Positions 7,093 to 11,748 of a DNA stretch of 11,748 nucleotides are shown here, piece after piece; the stretch's first letter is position 1, and the number at the start of each line of letters is the position of its first letter. Origin of the DNA: Acutalibacteraceae bacterium. GTDB lineage: Bacteria; Bacillota; Clostridia; Oscillospirales; Acutalibacteraceae. The notes beneath the pieces are model-generated. The model did not search any database. It saw only the letters and a program-made list of their open reading frames with translations, and was not told the origin of the DNA. A program made the translations under genes and the position numbers. Location of the stretch: the NCBI GenBank assembly GCA_045531635.1, contig JAZSEI010000114.1:1-11748 (forward strand), written 5' to 3'.

Positions 7093-7256
7093 TTTATACT
7101 AAACTCTATTAAAAAGTAGACTTCTTTACGGCGTATTTTGCACCAAACTTCATACCGCGTCCTCGGAAGGCGACAGCCTTCCTGTGGGTCAGTATTCGTT
7201 TGGCACAAAATCTGCTCGCAAATCCTTGTCCACTTTTTATCAGAGTTTAGTATTAT
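7093..7256. repeat. Copy A of a ~140-160 nt extragenic element bounded by inverted repeats, with an internal GGAAGG/CCTTCC hairpin
   Basis: ATACTAAACTCT (7096-7107) is the inverse of AGAGTTTAGTAT (7242-7253). The core from 7116 is about 79% identical over 39 nt and 67% over another 39 nt to 9906-10000. Copy A carries an extra 20-nt GC-rich hairpin (7165-7182). Confidence 0.5.
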
Positions 7257-7427
7257 AGGTTTTACAAAGCTTAATTTTATGTTTCATAAAGTAATTCAAA
7301 ATCTCAAATTTATGTGAAAGATGATAATTTTTATTAATCAGTTTACTGAAATACTTTTTATAAGGCAATTAACTTCAACAGCAATAATAAATAATTTTAA
7401 AATGACGACAAAATATACAATTATCTA

Positions 7428-7456
7428 TTGACCAACCACGATATTTTTATTACAAT
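7428..7456 (+). promoter_or_regulatory. Candidate sigma-A promoter: TTGACC (7428-7433), 17-nt spacer, TACAAT (7451-7456), for the beta-CASP RNase/LOG operon
   Basis: Near-consensus hexamers with ideal spacing. It would give a ~140-nt 5' UTR that contains a small GGTG...CACC hairpin. Confidence 0.4.
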
Positions 7457-7603
7457 TTAAGAAAAGGTGTAAAATTCACCATGTATTTTTTGCTGTATCA
7501 TAATAAATAAAAAAGATTGCCCTTAAAGATTATCGTTCGATTTGAGAAGCAACTTATAAAATAAAGATTTGTATAAATACTAAAAAACAGAGAGGTGTAT
7601 CAA

Positions 7604-9211
7604 ATGAAAATTCAATTTATAGGAGCAGTTCACGAGGTAACAGGAAGCTGTACTTTGCTCGAAGTAAATGAGAAAATTTATTTAGTAGATTGTGGTATGG
7701 AACAAGGAATAGATGTTTTTCAGAATATTGCTTTACCTGTTCCAGCAAATTCTATTGAAGCTGTGTTTTTAACTCATGCACATATCGACCATTCAGGAAT
7801 GTTACCAAAGCTGTATAAGGATGGATTTAAAGGCTCGATATATGCTACAGATGTAACTTGTGATTTGTGCAATATTATGCTGAGAGATTCTGCTTATATT
7901 CAAGAATCAGAGGCAAAATGGCAATCCAAGAAAGAACAGCGAGCAGGTAGAGAGTCTGTGGAGCCAACATATAATATGCAAGACGCAATCGGAGCTATCT
8001 CGTGTTTTCGTAGATGTAATTACGGTGAATTGGTTTCTGCAGGTGAAGGTGTAGAAATCAGGTTTACAGATGTTGGACATCTTTTAGGCTCTGCCTGTAT
8101 TGAAATTTGGCTTTCAGAGGGTGAAATAGAGAAGAAGATCGTATTTAGTGGAGATGTAGGAAACATAAATCAGCCTATTATTCGTGACCCACAGTTTGTT
8201 GAAGAAACTGATTATCTTGTTATTGAGTCCACATACGGAAATCGTCTGCATAATGAGAATAAAAGTAATGTAGTAAACGAGCTAGCAGAATATATTCAAC
8301 AGGCATTAGATAGAGGAGGTAATGTGATAATCCCTTCATTTGCAGTGGGTAGAACTCAAGAGCTGTTGTATACTATCCGTGAAATAAAGCAAAAAGGATT
8401 AGTAACAGGGCACGAACATTTTCCTGTATATGTAGACAGTCCTCTTGCAGCAGAATCAACAGCTATATTTATGCAGTGTAATCCAATTTGCTTTGATGAA
8501 GAAACTATTGCGTTAATAAAGGAAGGGATAAATCCAATTTGGTTTGATGATATATATATGACAGTTACCTCTGAGGAATCTAAACAGATTAATTTGGATA
8601 AAAAAGCTAAGGTTATTATTTCTGCAAGTGGAATGTGTGAGGCAGGAAGAATTCGCCATCATCTAAAGCATAATCTTTGGCAGGAAAATAATATTATTCT
8701 TTTTGTAGGTTATCAAGCAGAAGGCTCATTAGGCAGAAAACTGATAGAGGGAGCAAAAACAGTAAAGCTTTTTGGAGAAGAAATTGCTGTAAATGCACAA
8801 ATTTGCACACTACACGGTTCTAGTGGTCATGCAGACTGTGATGGACTTATTAACTGGGTTTTAGCATTTAAAGAAAAGCCAGAATTGATATTTGTAAATC
8901 ACGGAGATGATAGTGCCTGTGAAGACTTCAAAAAATTATTGATTGAAAAAGGTTATATGGCAGATGCTCCATATAGTGGTACAGAGTATGACCTTGCTAC
9001 AGGAAAAATGACAGTTTATACAGAAGGCAAATTAATTGACCGAGTACAGCTGTTTAAGGGTAATAAACGTGCTAATATGCTTTATAATGATCTTGTATCA
9101 GAAGCAGAAAGACTACTTGCATTAGCTAAAGAACGTAAGGGTAGAGCTAATAAAGATAATGCTAAGCTCACTTCTCAAATTCGAGAGCTAATTGAAAAAT
9201 GGAAAGATTAA
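7604..9211 (+). CDS. Beta-CASP family MBL-fold ribonuclease (RNase J/CPSF73-like RNA-metabolising metallo-beta-lactamase) with a ~100-aa basic/coiled C-terminal tail
   Basis: MBL motifs: LVDCGM, HAHIDHSG, VGHLLGSA, FSGDVG. Beta-CASP motifs: ESTYG...and GSSGHAD. I prefer the ATG at 7604, with RBS AGAGAGGTG 6 nt upstream, over the GTG at 7595. Confidence 0.8.
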   Translation: MKIQFIGAVHEVTGSCTLLEVNEKIYLVDCGMEQGIDVFQNIALPVPANSIEAVFLTHAHIDHSGMLPKLYKDGFKGSIYATDVTCDLCNIMLRDSAYIQESEAKWQSKKEQRAGRESVEPTYNMQDAIGAISCFRRCNYGELVSAGEGVEIRFTDVGHLLGSACIEIWLSEGEIEKKIVFSGDVGNINQPIIRDPQFVEETDYLVIESTYGNRLHNENKSNVVNELAEYIQQALDRGGNVIIPSFAVGRTQELLYTIREIKQKGLVTGHEHFPVYVDSPLAAESTAIFMQCNPICFDEETIALIKEGINPIWFDDIYMTVTSEESKQINLDKKAKVIISASGMCEAGRIRHHLKHNLWQENNIILFVGYQAEGSLGRKLIEGAKTVKLFGEEIAVNAQICTLHGSSGHADCDGLINWVLAFKEKPELIFVNHGDDSACEDFKKLLIEKGYMADAPYSGTEYDLATGKMTVYTEGKLIDRVQLFKGNKRANMLYNDLVSEAERLLALAKERKGRANKDNAKLTSQIRELIEKWKD

Positions 9212-9236
9212 ATTGAAAATTCAGGAGAATGAAAGT

Positions 9237-9818
9237 ATGAGAATATGTGTATATGGTGCAGCGTCGCCAACTATTGACGATATCTACAAAGAAAAGGTAG
9301 AACATTTGGGTAAAGTAATGGTACAGCGTGGTCATTCACTTGTATTTGGTGGTGGCGGCAAAGGCTTGATGGGAGCCGTTGCGAATGGTGTTCATTCGGC
9401 TAAAGGTCATATTATTGGCGTAATACCACAATTTTTCTTAGATGAAAAAATAGAAGCAGTATGTGAGTTTTGCGATGAAATGATACTTACCGAAACAATG
9501 CGTGAACGAAAACAAATTATGGAGGATAATGCAGACGCTTTTATTATAGTACCAGGTGGTATTGGAACATACGAAGAGTTTTTTGAAATACTAACATTAA
9601 AGCAACTGTGTCGTCATAATAAACCAATTGTTATTTATAATATCGAAGGATATTATAATGAAATTGAAACAGCAATGAATGAAGCAATAAGAAAGAATTT
9701 TATAAAAGATAGTTGCGTAGAACTGTATGAAGTTACTGATGAGCTGGACAAATTATTTGAATGTGTTGAAAATACTCAGCAAAAAATAAGAACAGTAAAA
9801 GAGCTTAAAGATGGCTGA
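9237..9818 (+). CDS. LOG-family (TIGR00730-type Rossmann fold) nucleotide 5'-monophosphate nucleosidase / cytokinin-riboside phosphoribohydrolase-like protein (193 aa)
   Basis: GGGGKGLMGAVANG and VPGGIGTYEEFFE are the LOG signatures (the PGGxGTxxE motif). I prefer the ATG at 9237, with RBS AGGAGA 8 nt upstream, over the ORF-track start at 9192. It lies 25 bp after the RNase stop and is probably co-transcribed. Confidence 0.8.
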   Translation: MRICVYGAASPTIDDIYKEKVEHLGKVMVQRGHSLVFGGGGKGLMGAVANGVHSAKGHIIGVIPQFFLDEKIEAVCEFCDEMILTETMRERKQIMEDNADAFIIVPGGIGTYEEFFEILTLKQLCRHNKPIVIYNIEGYYNEIETAMNEAIRKNFIKDSCVELYEVTDELDKLFECVENTQQKIRTVKELKDG

Positions 9819-9883
9819 TAAATAAGCTAGAGATGAAATTAAGTTTAATGTATTTTATATAGAGATTGAAATGTTCTAAATCT

Positions 9884-10025
9884 TAATACTATTTAATTTC
9901 AAACAAGTAGATATCTTTTCGGCATATTTTTCATCTGACTTCATAGCCTTGCTGTGGTATGCTATTCGTCAGATAAAAAATTTGATCCAAAATTTTATCC
10001 ATTGTTAAGAACTGAAATAGTATAA
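9884..10025. repeat. Copy B of the inverted-repeat-bounded extragenic element
   Basis: ATACTATTT (9887-9895) is the inverse of AAATAGTAT (10015-10023). The core beginning AAGTAGATATCTTTTCGGCATATTTTTCATCTGACTTCATA aligns to copy A. Confidence 0.5.
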
Positions 10026-10073
10026 AATATTAAAGATTTAGAGGTGTTACGGAATAACCAATACTTATAAAAT

Positions 10074-10112
10074 AAAGTGTGTGAGTTATAAAAATAGCTT
10101 GCACACTTTTTT
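10074..10112 (+). terminator. Rho-independent terminator downstream of element B
   Basis: GTGTGTGAGTT (10077-10087) pairs with AGCTTGCACAC (10096-10106), including 3 G-U pairs, with an 8-nt loop. It is flanked by an A-run and followed by T6 (10107-10112). Confidence 0.5.
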
Positions 10113-10138
10113 GCATTTGTTTATAAGCGTGCTACAAT
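10111..10138 (+). promoter_or_regulatory. Candidate orphan sigma-A promoter: TTGCAT (10111-10116), 16-nt spacer, TACAAT (10133-10138)
   Basis: Good hexamers. No ORF with an RBS follows for about 440 nt. The degenerate element copy C lies within the putative transcript. Confidence 0.35.
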
Positions 10139-10439
10139 AAAAGAAAGGACAAAAAAGGAATAATCACAAAAGTGCATTATACACTTTTCTTCACAAACCC
10201 TAAATCTTTATCCATAATATTTCTGAAAATGCAACAACCTAAAAGTTAGTATTCTTTTCTGACTTTTGGGGTCAACTTTCTTTACGGTTATTGCATCTAC
10301 TGCTTAAGATTGACTATAAAGGCTGTAGTGTTAAAAATATAGAGTTAAATATAAATTCGTTTTGTAAGTAAAGATATGCCTGTGTTATAAAAAATCCGTT
10401 TGCATAAAAATTAATAACTGCTTATTGAGTTGAAATGCA

Positions 10440-10468
10440 TTGTATTTTTAACAACTTTGTGATATAAC
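10440..10468 (+). promoter_or_regulatory. Candidate promoter: TTGTAT (10440-10445), 17-nt spacer, TGa-TATAAC (10460-10468), for the metallopeptidase gene
   Basis: Extended -10 (TGn) plus a 5/6 match to the -10 hexamer at correct spacing. Confidence 0.35.
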
Positions 10469-10489
10469 ATATTATACAAGCAAAGCGAA

Positions 10490-10515
10490 TAGAAAAAAGG
10501 AGTACCTTTTTTCTA
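10490..10515 (+). promoter_or_regulatory. Perfect 11-bp hairpin (TAGAAAAAAGG-agta-CCTTTTTTCTA) in the 5' UTR of the metallopeptidase gene. Possibly an attenuator or processing signal
   Basis: Read directly from the sequence. A T-run begins 10 nt downstream (10526-10532), so it is not a canonical terminator. Confidence 0.35.
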
Positions 10516-10583
10516 TATAGCTTCCGTTTTTTATTGTGCTTTTACTTGTGCGTATAAAATAAAAAAAGAAGGTTGATAACAAT

Positions 10584-11729
10584 ATGAGTAAAAAAACAAA
10601 AAAGAAAAAAATGGTATGGCAACAGTACATAGGTATGGCTTTTATGATATTGATTGGAGGAGCATGTGGTTTTATTATGACTATGTGTACTGATAAGATT
10701 GACGAAAATGCACCATTGTACCAAGAAATTCTATCATTTATCGGTGTTTTTATCGGAATATACGTTGCGTACTTTTTACATGTGATTATCCACGAGGCAG
10801 GTCACCTTATATTCGGCTTGCTAACAGGGTATAAATTCAGTTCTTTCCGTATCTTCTCCTTTATGTGGCTAAAGGAAAATGGAAAACTTAAATTAAAACG
10901 ATTAAGCATTGCAGGCACTGGTGGTCAATGTCTTATGGCTCCACCGGATATGAAGAACGATAAATTTCCAATAGTTTTATATAATCTTGGTGGTTCCTTT
11001 ATCAATGTTATTGTAGGTGCTCTGTTTCTGGTTGGATATTCACTTTGCTCTGATACTGCGTTTTTATCTGCACTTCTTATGATTTTTGCAGTTGTAGGCT
11101 TTATGACTGCTATGATGAATGGTATACCAATGCGTATGGGATTACTTGATAACGATGGTTACAATGCTTTTACTTTATCAAAAAATGCAGAAGCAATGCA
11201 GGCATTCTGGCTTCAGTTAAAGCTTGCCGAACAGCTTTCAAAGGGTGTTCGGCTTAAGGATATGCCATCAGAATGGTTTACTCTGCCGTCTGATGAAGCC
11301 ATGAAAAACAGTATGGTGGCAACTAAGGGTGTATTTATTTGTAACAGATTGATGGACGAAGAGAGCTTTGAAGAAGCTGACACTCTTATGAAGCACATTC
11401 TTTCAATTGATAGTGGAATACTTGGTCTTCACCATGACCTACTTGTCTGTGATAGAATATTTGTAGAACTAATTAGTGAAAATCGCCCTGAAGTTATCGA
11501 AAATATGCTTACTAAAGAAATAAAGAAGCTTATGAAAGCAATGAAACGTTATCCATCTGTGCTTCGTACTGAATATGCACTTGCTTTACTTTTCGAGAAA
11601 AACAGTACAAAGGCTGAAGCGATACTGAATGATTTTGAAAAAGTTGCAAAGTCCTATCCGTATCCTCAAGAGGTGGAGTCTGAAAGAGCTTTAATTAAGA
11701 TTGCACATAGCAAACTAATTACAAAGTAA
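10584..11729 (+). CDS. Polytopic membrane HExxH zinc metallopeptidase (M50/site-2-protease-like, 4 predicted TM helices) with a ~190-aa C-terminal soluble helical domain
   Basis: HEAGH lies inside TM2. A second motif, NGIPMRMGLLDNDG, resembles the M50 NxxPxxxLDG motif. The lysine-rich N-terminus MSKKTKKKK is followed by a TM helix. RBS AAGAAGG lies upstream. Confidence 0.7.
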   Translation: MSKKTKKKKMVWQQYIGMAFMILIGGACGFIMTMCTDKIDENAPLYQEILSFIGVFIGIYVAYFLHVIIHEAGHLIFGLLTGYKFSSFRIFSFMWLKENGKLKLKRLSIAGTGGQCLMAPPDMKNDKFPIVLYNLGGSFINVIVGALFLVGYSLCSDTAFLSALLMIFAVVGFMTAMMNGIPMRMGLLDNDGYNAFTLSKNAEAMQAFWLQLKLAEQLSKGVRLKDMPSEWFTLPSDEAMKNSMVATKGVFICNRLMDEESFEEADTLMKHILSIDSGILGLHHDLLVCDRIFVELISENRPEVIENMLTKEIKKLMKAMKRYPSVLRTEYALALLFEKNSTKAEAILNDFEKVAKSYPYPQEVESERALIKIAHSKLITK

Positions 11730-11748
11730 TAAATAATTAATATATCTA

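Noticed and set aside
7463-7500. Small GGTG-taaaatt-CACC hairpin followed by T-run in the RNase 5' UTR as a transcription attenuator
   Set aside because: The stem is only 4-5 bp. That is too weak to call a terminator or attenuator with any confidence.
10542-10724. 60-aa minus-strand ORF
   Set aside because: Overlaps the start of the metallopeptidase gene on the opposite strand. It is AT-rich, low-complexity, and has no RBS.
11213-11398. 61-aa minus-strand ORF
   Set aside because: Antisense inside the metallopeptidase CDS. Spurious.
1-11748. CRISPR array, tRNA/rRNA genes, IS elements/transposases, integrase or phage genes
   Set aside because: No regularly spaced direct repeats and no tRNA-like T-loop/acceptor arrangement. 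No DDE/serine/tyrosine recombinase-like ORF in any frame. The only repeats found are the IR-bounded extragenic element copies described above.

Overview
AT-rich window, probably from a low-GC Firmicute (Clostridia-like), with ten convincing genes, all on the + strand. I found no rRNA, tRNA, CRISPR array or transposase.

Gene order:
- two translationally coupled WYL-domain regulators (213-1460 and 1457-2368), followed by an intrinsic terminator;
- a ~440-nt non-coding leader that is GC-richer than its surroundings;
- an atypical SPFH/band-7 protein with no N-terminal membrane anchor and a triplicated N-terminal segment (2841-3944);
- an RtcB 3'-phosphate RNA ligase (4013-5221);
- a nitroreductase (5293-5886);
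- a LytTR regulator plus a small 4-TM membrane partner, HdrRM/BrsRM-like (6153-7058);
- a beta-CASP MBL-fold RNase (7604-9211) followed 25 bp later by a LOG-family nucleotide hydrolase (9237-9818);
- a membrane HExxH metallopeptidase of the M50/site-2-protease type (10584-11729).

The most interesting candidate is an apparently self-contained RtcB-centred RNA-repair module (WYL pair, structured leader, repeat-bearing soluble SPFH, RtcB). A second point of interest is a ~140-160 nt extragenic element flanked by inverted repeats that occurs twice (7093-7256 and 9884-10025, ~70-75% identity), with a weaker third copy.

All protein-family calls rest on motifs I recognised by eye; I could not run any homology search.
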